Shown: piece after piece, positions 17,221 through 27,776 of the stretch
Layout of the letters: each line of letters starts with the position of its first letter
How positions within the stretch are numbered: the stretch's first letter is position 1
From: Deltaproteobacteria bacterium
Lineage (GTDB): Bacteria > Desulfobacterota > Binatia > JACPRU01
DNA length: 64,000 nt
Direction: 5' to 3'
NCBI GenBank assembly: GCA_016189835.1
Contig: JACPRU010000033.1
Location: 8,253-72,252, forward strand
The notes under the pieces: model-generated
What the model was told of the DNA's origin: nothing
What the model saw: only the letters and a program-made list of their open reading frames with translations
Database searches by the model: none
Program-made: the position numbers and the translations under genes

Positions 17221-18747
17221 GTGGCCGAAGAGAAGAAGCCGCCCGCGTTTGATCCGGACAAGACCGTCGTCGACGTGCGCCGCCGCGACGCTCCGCCGGC
17301 GGACGAGCGGACCATCGTCGCGCCCCGGCCGCCCGCCGAGCGGCCGGCGGCACCGGCGGCGGATGCCGAACGCACGGTGGTGATGACCCGCCGTCCGGCG
17401 GTGACGGAGGATCTCGACAAGACCCGCGTCGCCGCCGCGCCGGGCGCGGGCGCCGGGGCGATGGACCGGACGATGGTCACGCCGGTCGGAGCTCCGCCGG
17501 CGAGCGCCGCCGCCGCCCGCGGCGGGGATTTCTTTCTCGTGCTGCTCTCCGGATCGCAACGCGGACAGCGCTTCCCCCTCGGCCACGGCGACTTCTCGAT
17601 CGGCTCGGCCGCCGGCGCCCACGTGCGCCTGGCGACCGCCGAGCCGGCGCACGCGAAGCTCACTCGAGAGGACGACGGCTACGAGCTGCAGAACACCGGC
17701 AGCCGCGGCTCGGTGATCGCCCACGGTCGAGCGATCACGCGGTCGAAGCTGAGGACCGGCGACCTGTTCAAGGTCGGCGATCACGTGCTGCGACTGGTGA
17801 AGGTCGGTGACGTCTTCTCCTCGGATTACTCGGACTCGGACTTCGAAGCCCCGGGAGCCGGCCGCTTTCTCGACCCCGAGTACCTGCGCGAGCATCCCGC
17901 CCTGCTCGCCGTGGCGGGCGTCGTGGTCGTCGCCCTGGTGGTGTTCTTCTTCCGGCCGCAGTCCTCGGCGCCGCCCCCGACGCCGACCACCGCGACGGAC
18001 GACAACGCGCAGCGGGCCGAGCGAGCCAAAGAGGTGAGCGCGATGCTGCTCGCCGGCGAGGTGCTCTTCAATCAGGGTCGCTACGTGGCGCCGCCCGACC
18101 GGCCGGAGGAGGAAAACGCCTACGCGAAATTCAACCACGCCCTGGCACTCGATCCGGGCAACGACCAGGCGCGCGACTGGTTGAAGAAGATCGACGGCAA
18201 GCTCGACGAGTCACGCCGCGAGCGCGAGCAAGCCGAGCTCAAGCGCCTCGCGGCGGAGGAGGCCGCGCGGGAGGCGGAGCGCCGGCAGCTCGCCAAGCGG
18301 GTCGAGGCCATCCTGGTGGTCGGAGACCAGCTCTTCCAGGCCGGCAAGGTGGTCGAGCCGGCCGGAGACAACGCGCTCGTGCGCTACCGCGAGGCGCTGA
18401 AGGTCGACCCGGACAGCGTCGAGACCCAGGGGCGCATTCGGCGCGCGATCTACTCGCTGGTCGAGCAGGGGGACGGCTACCGCGACCGGAAGGACAACTG
18501 GCGAGCGCTGGAGCAGTACCGCAAGGCCGACCGTGCGGCCGCGCACAAGGATCCCGAGATCGTCGCCCGGCTCGATGAAACCGAGAAGATGTTGAAGTCG
18601 GGGATGGCGAGCACGCAGACGCGGATCGTCATCTACCGCGACGACAACGGCCAGCTCTACGTGCTCGACGAGATGGACAAGGTGCCCGCTCGATACCGAG
18701 ATCGAGCGATCGAGATCAATCCGGTCCAGAATCCGGCCCAACCCTGA
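17221..18747 (+). CDS. Bitopic protein: disordered Pro/Ala N-terminus, divergent FHA-like domain, one TM, TPR-like periplasmic region
   Basis: 508 aa. FHA-like segment FFLVLLSGSQRGQRFPLGHGDFSIGSAAGAHVRL...TGDLFKVGDHVLRLV. TM helix LLAVAGVVVVALVVFFF. TPR-like helices are (YAKFNHALALDPGNDQARDWL) and (RYREALKVDPDS). Confidence 0.7.
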   Translation: MAEEKKPPAFDPDKTVVDVRRRDAPPADERTIVAPRPPAERPAAPAADAERTVVMTRRPAVTEDLDKTRVAAAPGAGAGAMDRTMVTPVGAPPASAAAARGGDFFLVLLSGSQRGQRFPLGHGDFSIGSAAGAHVRLATAEPAHAKLTREDDGYELQNTGSRGSVIAHGRAITRSKLRTGDLFKVGDHVLRLVKVGDVFSSDYSDSDFEAPGAGRFLDPEYLREHPALLAVAGVVVVALVVFFFRPQSSAPPPTPTTATDDNAQRAERAKEVSAMLLAGEVLFNQGRYVAPPDRPEEENAYAKFNHALALDPGNDQARDWLKKIDGKLDESRREREQAELKRLAAEEAAREAERRQLAKRVEAILVVGDQLFQAGKVVEPAGDNALVRYREALKVDPDSVETQGRIRRAIYSLVEQGDGYRDRKDNWRALEQYRKADRAAAHKDPEIVARLDETEKMLKSGMASTQTRIVIYRDDNGQLYVLDEMDKVPARYRDRAIEINPVQNPAQP

Positions 18748-18816
18748 ATCGACGGGAGGTCCGAGGGGACGGAAGACACTCCGAGGTGCCGCACGGCAGC
18801 GGCGAGGGAGGGCGCG

Positions 18817-19392
18817 ATGGCGGAATACAGGCTGCTTTCGGTAACGTTGAAAACCCCCCACGGTATGCAGAGCTGGCTCAATCGGCTCGGGGCGGACGGC
18901 TGGCGCACCCGGGGGGCGACCGCGAGCTTCCTCCTGCTCGAGAAGTCCACGGTGGCGCGAGAAGCCGCGCTGGTGTCGATCACGCTGCGAGGCCCTGTGG
19001 GGATCCTCCGGCAGGTCGAGCGGTGCGCCGGCGAGGGATGGGAGCTGGGCGCGATGGGAGCGAGCTTCCTGTTCTTCGACCGCCCCCGCGACGGCGCGGG
19101 CCGCAAGCTCGACTACAAGATGGACTCGATCACGCTGCGCTCGCTGGCGGGCGTTCGCAAGCTCGCCGACGACTACGGCGAGCAGGGATGGCGGCTGCGA
19201 GGGTTCGGCCCGAGCCTGGCGATCTTCGAGCGCGAGGAAGAGACCCGCAGCACGTACCGGCACGAGTTCGAGAGCATCACGCTGCGAACGCCCGCGGGGA
19301 TCCAGGCGCTGCTCGCGGCACGCGGCGAGGCGGGCTGGGCTCTTTCCGACGCCTCGCGTAACCTAGCGGCGTTCTCCCAAGCGGTCGGCTGA
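18817..19392 (+). CDS. Protein made of four tandem ~45-50 aa repeats (DUF4177-like modules)
   Basis: 191 aa. The repeats are SVTLKTPHGMQSWLNRLGADGWRTRG..., SITLRGPVGILRQVERCAGEGWELGA..., SITLRSLAGVRKLADDYGEQGWRLRG... and SITLRTPAGIQALLAARGEAGWALSD.... Confidence 0.7.
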   Translation: MAEYRLLSVTLKTPHGMQSWLNRLGADGWRTRGATASFLLLEKSTVAREAALVSITLRGPVGILRQVERCAGEGWELGAMGASFLFFDRPRDGAGRKLDYKMDSITLRSLAGVRKLADDYGEQGWRLRGFGPSLAIFEREEETRSTYRHEFESITLRTPAGIQALLAARGEAGWALSDASRNLAAFSQAVG

Positions 19393-19415
19393 GGCGACGC
19401 TGCGGGGCGGTCAGG

Positions 19416-20921
19416 ATGCTGCTCTCGATCCAGCGCGAAGGCGCGCCGGCGCACGAGGTGAACATCCCCGGCGAGACCGCCGTGCTCGGCAAGCACGCCG
19501 ATTGCGAAGTCGTTCTCGACGACCCGCTGGTCTCGCGCCGCCACGCGCGCCTGCGTCTGGACGCCGGCCGCATCGTGCTCGAGGACCTCGGCAGCACGAA
19601 CGGCACGGAGCTCGCCGGACAGCCGGTGGAAGGACAGCGGGTCGTCGAGCCCGGCCAGGAGATCCGCATCGGCCCGTTCGCGATCTTCGCGTCACTGCCC
19701 GAAGTGACGCTCGTGCAGCACGCCCCGGCGCCCGCCGTCGCGGCGGGCTCAGCCGTGGGCGCCGGGATCTCGGCCGCGGACTCCGTGCAGCCCGCACCGG
19801 CCCCGGCCGCATCGGCGCCCGCCGCCGCACCGGCGCCTGCCGTCGCAGCGGCGCCCAACGTCGCGATGGCGGGCGTGGATTTCGGGCCGCTCGCGCCGTT
19901 GATGGCCGCCGACGAGGTGAGCGAGATCATGGTGAACGGCCCCGACGAGGTGTTCGTCGAGCGCGGCGGGCGGCTGGAGCTGACCGGCGCGTGCTTTTCC
20001 TCGGCGGATGCGCTGGGCGAGCTGATCCGCACGCTCGCCACCCAGGGCGGGCGATCGATCGACGAGCGCCGGCCGATGGTCGACGCGCGCATGCGCGACG
20101 GGTCCCGTCTGAACGCGATTCTCCCGCCGCTCGCGCTGCGGGGACCTTGCTTGACGATCCGGCGCTTTCCGCGCCAGCGGCTCTCGGCGGCGGATCTGGT
20201 GTCGGTCGGAGCGCTGAGCGAGCCGATGCTGGCCTTCCTGCGCCTCGCCATCCACGGCAAGCTGAGCCTGCTCGTGTCCGGGGGAACCGGCTCGGGGAAG
20301 ACCACGCTGCTGAACGCGCTGGCCAGCTTCGTCGGCGACGATCAGCGCATCATCACCATCGAGGACGCCGCCGAGCTGCGGCTGCCGCAACGGCACGTGT
20401 TGCCGCTCGAGGCCCGCCCGCCGGACCCGGACGGCGGCGGCCAGGTGACGATTCGCGAGCTGGTGCGCAACGCGCTGCGCATGCGTCCGGACCGGATCGT
20501 GGTCGGCGAAGTGCGGGGCGCCGAGGCGCTCGACATGCTCCAGGCGATGAACACGGGGCACGAGGGCAGCCTGTCGACGGTCCACGCGAATTCGCCTCGC
20601 GAAGCGCTGTCCCGCCTCGAGACGCTCGTGCTGTTCGCCGGTGCGGACCTGCCGCCGCGCGCGATTCGCGAGCAGATCCTCGGCGCCATCCGGCTGCTCG
20701 TTCACACCGCGCGGGGCGACGACGGCAAGCGGCGCGTGACCTCGATCACCGAGCTCTCCGGCATGGAAGGGGAGCAGTTCACGCTCGGCGAGATCTTCCG
20801 CTACGAGCCCGGCGCGGGGGGGACGGGCCAGTTCCGCGCCACCGGCTACGTGCCGCGGTGTCGCGACCGGCTCGCCGAGCGCGGATTCGCCGCCGACAAC
20901 GCCTGGTTCCAGCCGAGGTAG
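19416..20921 (+). CDS. FHA domain fused to a CpaF/TadA-type secretion ATPase (paralog 3)
   Basis: 501 aa. FHA signature [33 protein letters not shown]. ATPase part: [51 protein letters not shown]. Confidence 0.9.
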   Translation: MLLSIQREGAPAHEVNIPGETAVLGKHADCEVVLDDPLVSRRHARLRLDAGRIVLEDLGSTNGTELAGQPVEGQRVVEPGQEIRIGPFAIFASLPEVTLVQHAPAPAVAAGSAVGAGISAADSVQPAPAPAASAPAAAPAPAVAAAPNVAMAGVDFGPLAPLMAADEVSEIMVNGPDEVFVERGGRLELTGACFSSADALGELIRTLATQGGRSIDERRPMVDARMRDGSRLNAILPPLALRGPCLTIRRFPRQRLSAADLVSVGALSEPMLAFLRLAIHGKLSLLVSGGTGSGKTTLLNALASFVGDDQRIITIEDAAELRLPQRHVLPLEARPPDPDGGGQVTIRELVRNALRMRPDRIVVGEVRGAEALDMLQAMNTGHEGSLSTVHANSPREALSRLETLVLFAGADLPPRAIREQILGAIRLLVHTARGDDGKRRVTSITELSGMEGEQFTLGEIFRYEPGAGGTGQFRATGYVPRCRDRLAERGFAADNAWFQPR

Positions 20922-20930
20922 GCCGGCCGC

Positions 20931-22294
<1,364 letters not shown>

Positions 22295-22310
<16 letters not shown>

Positions 22311-23917
22311 GGGCGGTCCTCGGCGTCGGCCAGGGCGGCGGTGCGGAAATCGACGGGCAGCGCCACCGTGAAGGTGCTGCCTTGTCCCGGCGTGCTTTCC
22401 ACCGTCAGGCGTCCGCCGTGCATCTCGACGAGCTGGCGGCTGATCGCCAGTCCGAGGCCGCTGCCGGTGCGGCGGCCGCGCGCGCGTTGGACCTGATGGA
22501 ACTTGTCGAAGACCCGCTCGATCTCGACCGCCGGAATTCCCACCCCGGAGTCCCGTACCAGCAGCTTGACGATGCCGCGCTCGTCGACGACCCGCACGTC
22601 CACCCGTCCCCCGGCCGGGGTGAACTTGATGCCGTTGTGCAGCAGGTTGATCAGCACGCGCGAGATCTTGTCGCGATCGGCGCGGATGGTCAGCGCGGGC
22701 GGCTCGACCGCCGCCACCTGCACGCGGTGCTCCTCGGCGAGCGGCCTCAGGGTCTCGAGCGTCTCGCGGATCAGCGCGTCGAGCGGGAAGCGAGTCGCGA
22801 GCACTTCCTCCTTGCCGGCCTCGATCCGCGACAGATCGAGCAGCTCGTTGATGAGCCGCAGCAGCCGGTGGCTGTTGTCCTTGATGCGCACGAGATAGGA
22901 GCGAGGGCGCTCGTCGAGCGGGCCGGTGATGCCGTCGAGTAGGTTGTCCGCGGCGCCCATGATGGAGGTCAGCGGCGTGCGCAGCTCGTGGGACACCTTG
23001 GAGATGAACTCCGACTTCAACTCCGACAGCTCCTTCAGCCGCAGCGCGGCCTCGTGCTCGCGCTCGTAGGCGTCGGCCTGCAGCAGCGCCACGCCGAGCT
23101 CGGCGGCGATCTGCGAGAGCACCGCGACGTCCGAGGCCGAGAACGCGTCCTGCCTGCGGCTGCCGAGATGGAACGTTCCGATCGCCTGATCGCCGACCAC
23201 GAGCGGCAGCACCACCTCGCGGCGGCTCGCCGACAGGCTGAGCGTGTCCTCGTCGACGCCGCCGAGCGCGACGTCGTACACGGCGGGCTCGCGCCGCCTG
23301 ACGACGTCCGCCACGCGCGAGCCGGCGAGCGGGATGCGCTTTCCCTGCAGCCCCCCGGGATTTCCCGAGATCGCGAACACGGTGGCGGTCTGCGGATCGA
23401 CGACGCGGGTGATCGAAGCCTGATCGAAATCGACGAGGCGCCGAGTGCCGTCGACCACCGCCGCGAAGATGCGCTGGAAATCGAGGCTCGAATTGACCGC
23501 GTTGGTGACCTCGTGGATCAGCGAGAGCCGCTCGCTGGCCTCGCGTAGCGCTTCGGTGCGCTCCTCGACCTTGCGCTCGAGGTCACGGTTGAGCTCCTCG
23601 AGCTGGCGCACCTTGTCGCGAAGCTGCTCGCGCATGCGGTCGATCTCGGCGCCGAGCAAGCCGATCTCGTCGCCGGTCCGCGCCGGCACGGGGTCGTCGT
23701 AGTGGCCTTCGCCGATGCGGCGCGTCGCGCTGACCAGCTGGTCGAGGCTGCGCGCGATCGAACGACCGAGCACGGTGGCCAGCGCGATGGCGAACACGGC
23801 CAGCGCGGTCAGCCCCGCCTGCACCCACCAGTCCCAGGGCGGCATCGAGACCAGCAGGATCGCGGCGGTGACGATCTCGAGCGCGTAGATCAACAGCTTG
23901 CCGCGGATCGTGAACAC
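22295..23917 (-). CDS. Sensor histidine kinase (TM, HAMP, coiled coil, GAF, HisKA, HATPase_c)
   Basis: 540 aa. H-box SHELRTPLTSI, N-box LINLLHNGIKFT, G-boxes DSGVGI and GSGLGLAI. It overlaps the response-regulator start by 16 nt, which implies an operon. Confidence 0.9.
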
Positions 23918-24029
23918 GCGCGCCTTGTAACACAGCTCTCGCGACCGGCTCCAGGAGTCGCGGGCGTCGGCGGTCCGGCGCGGCGGGGCTCGCCCCGGGG
24001 GTCGGCGCCGGCGGGGTCGGTCGCGGCCG

Positions 24030-24446
24030 TCAGGCCGCGGCCGGGCGAAACTGCGGCAACGAGACCTCGGGGCCGCGCGCTTCGAACACGACTTCGACGG
24101 GCAGGCCGATGCGCAGCCGCTCGAGCGGGCAGTCGACCAGGTTGGCGATCATGCGCCCGCCGTCCTCGAGCTCGACGAGCACGACGGCGTAGGGCACCTC
24201 GGCGGCGAAGCCGGGATGGTAGACCTGGTGCATGACGTTGAAGCTGAAGATCGTTCCCCGGCCGGACGACGCGACCCAATCGGCCTGGCGGCCGAGGCAA
24301 TGGCTGCAGATCTCGCGCGGCGGAAAGCGCCGCCGGCCGCAGCCGCGGCATTGCTGGACGACGAGGCGACCCTCGCGCGCCGCGGCGAAGAACGGCCGCA
24401 GCTCGTCGGTGACCTCGGGGGTCGGCTTCGCCGCGGCGCTGGTCAC
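24030..24446 (-). CDS. Zn-ribbon/OB-fold protein (DUF35 family), thiolase partner
   Basis: C4 zinc ribbon CRGCGRRRFPPREICSHC, then an OB-fold segment. The GTG start overlaps the thiolase stop (GTGA). The upstream part of ORF 24030..24596 overlaps the thiolase and is rejected. Confidence 0.75.
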   Translation of the reverse strand: MTSAAAKPTPEVTDELRPFFAAAREGRLVVQQCRGCGRRRFPPREICSHCLGRQADWVASSGRGTIFSFNVMHQVYHPGFAAEVPYAVVLVELEDGGRMIANLVDCPLERLRIGLPVEVVFEARGPEVSLPQFRPAAA

Positions 24447-25621
24447 GACGGCAGCGGGCTCAGCACCAGGGTGGAATGCGTGGAGAGGATCCCGCCGTTG
24501 CCCGAAACCAGCACCACGTCGTGCTTCGGCGCCTGGCGGGCCGCGCCCTGGCCGCGCGCCTGGATGACGCCTTCCGAGACCGGCGTCATGCCCCACATGT
24601 AGAAGCTCGACAGCTGGCCGCCGCCGGTGTTGACCGGCAAGCGGCCGCCGGGGCCGATGCCGGCATCGGCGACGAACGCCCCGCCCTCGCCCTTCGCGCA
24701 GAAGCCGTAGTCCTCGAGCGTGACCAGCACGGTGAACGTGTAGCAGTCGTAGATCTCGGCGACGTCGACGTCCGCCACCTCGATGTCCGCCATCGCGAAG
24801 GCGGTCCGCTTGGCGAGCGGCGCGCCCGAGGTCAGCGTGTCGAGCGGGTCGCCGCCGGGATGGCCTTGCCCGAAGCCCCAGACGTAGACCGGAGGCTGGC
24901 GCAGGGCGCGCGCGCGCTCAGCGCTGGTGACGATCACGGCGGCGCCGCCGTTCGAGACCAGGCAGCAATCGAGCAGGTGGAACGGCTCGACGATCCAACG
25001 CGAGCGATGGTAGTCGGCGAGCGTCAGCGGCGCGTCGTGGAACTGCGCCGCCGGATTGCGGTTCGCCCAGGCGCGCTCGGCCACCGCCACGGCGCCGAGG
25101 TGATCGCCGGTCGTGCCGTAGCGATGCATGTGGCGGCGGGCGACCAGCGCGTAGAGCGCGTTGACGCCGAACTGGCCGTAGGCCGCGCTCAAGCCGCGCG
25201 CGAAGCCGTAGGCGGCGGCCGAGCCGCCCTGCTTCTTGCCGTCGTCGTCGGGCTTAGGCGGCTTCAGCGGAGCGTCGGAGAACACGCAGGCGACCGTGGT
25301 GCACAGCCCGGCCTCGATGGCGAGCGCGGCGTTTTGCACCATGGCGGCGGCGGTCGCGCCGCCGATGTTCATGGTCAGCGAATAGCCGAGGTTGGTGAGC
25401 CCGAGCGCCTGCTGCAGCGCGAAGGAACCCATCGCCGCGTCGGCCCAGGCGAGCCCGGGGTTCAGCATCAGCCCGTCGAGATTACGCCGCTCGAGGCCCG
25501 CGTCGGCCAGAGCCAGGCGCACGGCCTCGACGGCGAAGCCCATGGCCGAATCATACGCTCGCCCCATCGGCGTGAGGCCGAGTCCGGCGATCGCGTATTG
25601 TCCGCGAAGCGGGTGGGTCAT
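24443..25621 (-). CDS. Thiolase-family (SCP-x/acetyl-CoA acetyltransferase-like) protein
   Basis: 392 aa with the thiolase fold pattern, including LLDCCLVSNGGAAVIV and C-terminal NTGGGQLS. It is paired with the DUF35 gene. Confidence 0.8.
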   Translation of the reverse strand: MTHPLRGQYAIAGLGLTPMGRAYDSAMGFAVEAVRLALADAGLERRNLDGLMLNPGLAWADAAMGSFALQQALGLTNLGYSLTMNIGGATAAAMVQNAALAIEAGLCTTVACVFSDAPLKPPKPDDDGKKQGGSAAAYGFARGLSAAYGQFGVNALYALVARRHMHRYGTTGDHLGAVAVAERAWANRNPAAQFHDAPLTLADYHRSRWIVEPFHLLDCCLVSNGGAAVIVTSAERARALRQPPVYVWGFGQGHPGGDPLDTLTSGAPLAKRTAFAMADIEVADVDVAEIYDCYTFTVLVTLEDYGFCAKGEGGAFVADAGIGPGGRLPVNTGGGQLSSFYMWGMTPVSEGVIQARGQGAARQAPKHDVVLVSGNGGILSTHSTLVLSPLPS

Positions 25622-25655
25622 GGCACGGCGCAGCGCATCTTCCTATACTCGGCGG

Positions 25656-26255
25656 ATGACGCGTAGGGAAGAGTCACTCGCCGCGCTGCTCGCCGTCCAT
25701 TCCGTCTTCTACCGTCCGCGCAGGCCGTTCGTGCTCTCGTCGGGGAAGACCAGCGCGTTCTACTTCGACTGCCGGCGCACGACCATGCTGCCCGAGGCGA
25801 TGCCGCTGATCGGCCGGCTGGTGTTCGAGCGCATCCGCGGCGCCGTCGACGCGGTCGGAGGGCTCACCATGGGGGCCGACCCGATCGCCTGCGCCGTTGC
25901 CTACTACAGCCAGACGCGCGGCTCGCCGATCGTGGCGTTCTCGGTGCGCAAGGAGCCGAAGTCGCACGGCATGCAGCGCTGGGTGGAGGGCGCCGCGGAG
26001 CCCGAGGCGCGGGTCGCCGTCGTCGAGGACGTGGTGACCACCGGGGAATCGACGCTGCGCGCGATCACACGCTGCCGCGAGGAGGGATTTCGCGTCGAGC
26101 GCGTGGTGGCGCTCGTCGACCGCGAGGAGGGCGGCATGGCGCGGATCGCCGCCGCGGTCGGCGAAGACCGGGCGCTGGCGCTGTTCCGGCGCGCCGAGAT
26201 CGACGCCGTCTGGAAGCGGCTGCGGGTCAGTCGAGCAGCCGGAGCTTCCAGGTAG
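25656..26255 (+). CDS. pyrE: Orotate phosphoribosyltransferase
   Basis: 199 aa from the internal ATG. The SGKTSAFYFDCR motif and PRPP loop VAVVEDVVTTGEST are present. Confidence 0.85.
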   Translation: MTRREESLAALLAVHSVFYRPRRPFVLSSGKTSAFYFDCRRTTMLPEAMPLIGRLVFERIRGAVDAVGGLTMGADPIACAVAYYSQTRGSPIVAFSVRKEPKSHGMQRWVEGAAEPEARVAVVEDVVTTGESTLRAITRCREEGFRVERVVALVDREEGGMARIAAAVGEDRALALFRRAEIDAVWKRLRVSRAAGASR

Positions 26256-27129
26256 CGCCGATTTCGCGAACCACCACGCGGTCGGCTCCGGCTCCGGCGG
26301 CGGCAAGCAGCCGGCGCATGGAATCGCCGATCGGCTCCTTGCCGAGGCGGAACGTGTCCCAGTGAACCGGCACAAGGTATTCGGCGCCGCTGGCCGCGAA
26401 CGTCTGCCACGCCTGTTCGGGAGTCTGGTGATTCCACACCCAGGGATCGTAGGCGCCGATGCCGAGGATCACTACCTTCACACCGCGCTGCCTGGCGAGC
26501 TCGGCTAGCCCGGGGCTGTACGCCGTGTCGCCCGCGAACAGCACGCCGGTCGAGCCGCGCCGCAGCAGGTAGCCGTCGTAGCCCCGCCAGCTCTCCCACG
26601 GCCAGCGCCGGCCCCAGTGCTTGACCTCGACGCCCTCGATCGACACGCCGCCCGCCGTCGTCCGCTGACCCCAGGGAAGCTCGACGACTCTCGCGTAGCC
26701 GAGATCGTCGACCAGGTCGGCGGTGCGCTCGGGCACGACCAGCAAGGGCGTCGCGGCGAGCCGCGCGAGAGACCGCCGATCGAGGCTGTCCATGTGCGCG
26801 TGGCTCACCAGCACGGCATCGAGCGGCGGGATTTGCGCGGCACCCAGGGCGCTCGCCACCACCCGCTTGGGCCCGAACGTGATCGGGCCGACCGCCAGGC
26901 CGATCCGATGGTAGAGCGTCGGATCGGTGATCAGCAGTGTGCCGCCGAAGTCGATCAGTACCGAGGCGTGTCCGAGATATGCGACGGTGAGGTCGCGCTG
27001 CGACCAGGTCGAGGGATCCGGAGCTTGTGAGGCGGGCGGGGGCGCGCGAAACGCGCCGCTGCACGCGGCGGCAGCGAGCGCCACGGCGAGGGCGAGACTA
27101 TGAACGAATCTGCGCGTGGTCGTCGACAA
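26227..27129 (-). CDS. MBL-fold metallo-hydrolase, probable lipoprotein
   Basis: 300 aa. Signal plus lipobox-like LAAAACSG. Metallo-beta-lactamase motif VLVSHAHMDSLD, and HWDTF near the C-terminus. Confidence 0.75.
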   Translation of the reverse strand: MSTTTRRFVHSLALAVALAAAACSGAFRAPPPASQAPDPSTWSQRDLTVAYLGHASVLIDFGGTLLITDPTLYHRIGLAVGPITFGPKRVVASALGAAQIPPLDAVLVSHAHMDSLDRRSLARLAATPLLVVPERTADLVDDLGYARVVELPWGQRTTAGGVSIEGVEVKHWGRRWPWESWRGYDGYLLRRGSTGVLFAGDTAYSPGLAELARQRGVKVVILGIGAYDPWVWNHQTPEQAWQTFAASGAEYLVPVHWDTFRLGKEPIGDSMRRLLAAAGAGADRVVVREIGATWKLRLLD

Positions 27130-27229
27130 TCTACCAGGCCCTTCGCGAAATCGTCAGCCGATCCGCCTTTCGGTCGAGGCACCCCGTTTGCTATCGGATA
27201 GGAGGACCATGGGCCAGGGAGGGCGAGCC

Positions 27230-27757
27230 ATGAGCCTGTTCGGCCGCAAGAACGAAGATCGGCGCAAGGACTCCGGTCCGTCTCGGGACATTCTGCTGGA
27301 TACGACCCCGGCTGCGGCAACGGTATCCGCCCCCGAGGCTGGCGGCGAGGGCGCCGAGCAGGAGACGCAGCTCGGCCGGGACTGCCGCATTTTCGGCAAG
27401 CTCGGCATTGGCGGCAACTTCCGCATCGCCGGCGTGGTCGAAGGCGAGATCGACGGCGACGGCGTGGTCTCCGTGCAGGCGGGCGCCGTGGTCAACGCAC
27501 GCATCCGCGCTCGGATAGTCCTCATCGACGGCGAGGTGACCGCCGACATCGAGGCCAGCGAGCGCGTCGAGATCGGCCGGAGCGGCCGCTTGCGGGGAAA
27601 CGTCGCGGCCGCCGCCCTGGTGGTGCACGAGGGAGCGTGGTTCGAGGGCAACTGCTCGATGACCGGGAGCAGGCCGGCGGTCGCGCCGGCCCCCGCGGCC
27701 GACCCGGTGGAAAAGGCCGTCGTCGCGGCTAAGCTGACGGCGCTCCCCGCCCGCTGA
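27230..27757 (+). CDS. Bactofilin-family cytoskeletal protein
   Basis: 175 aa. The beta-helical repeat pattern is GKLGIGGNFRIAGVVEGEIDGDGVVSVQAGAVVNARIRARIVLIDGEVTADIEA. ATG 27230 has AGGGAGGG upstream; an alternative ATG is at 27209. Confidence 0.8.
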   Translation: MSLFGRKNEDRRKDSGPSRDILLDTTPAAATVSAPEAGGEGAEQETQLGRDCRIFGKLGIGGNFRIAGVVEGEIDGDGVVSVQAGAVVNARIRARIVLIDGEVTADIEASERVEIGRSGRLRGNVAAAALVVHEGAWFEGNCSMTGSRPAVAPAPAADPVEKAVVAAKLTALPAR

Positions 27758-27776
27758 GCCCGAACGCCACCGACTA

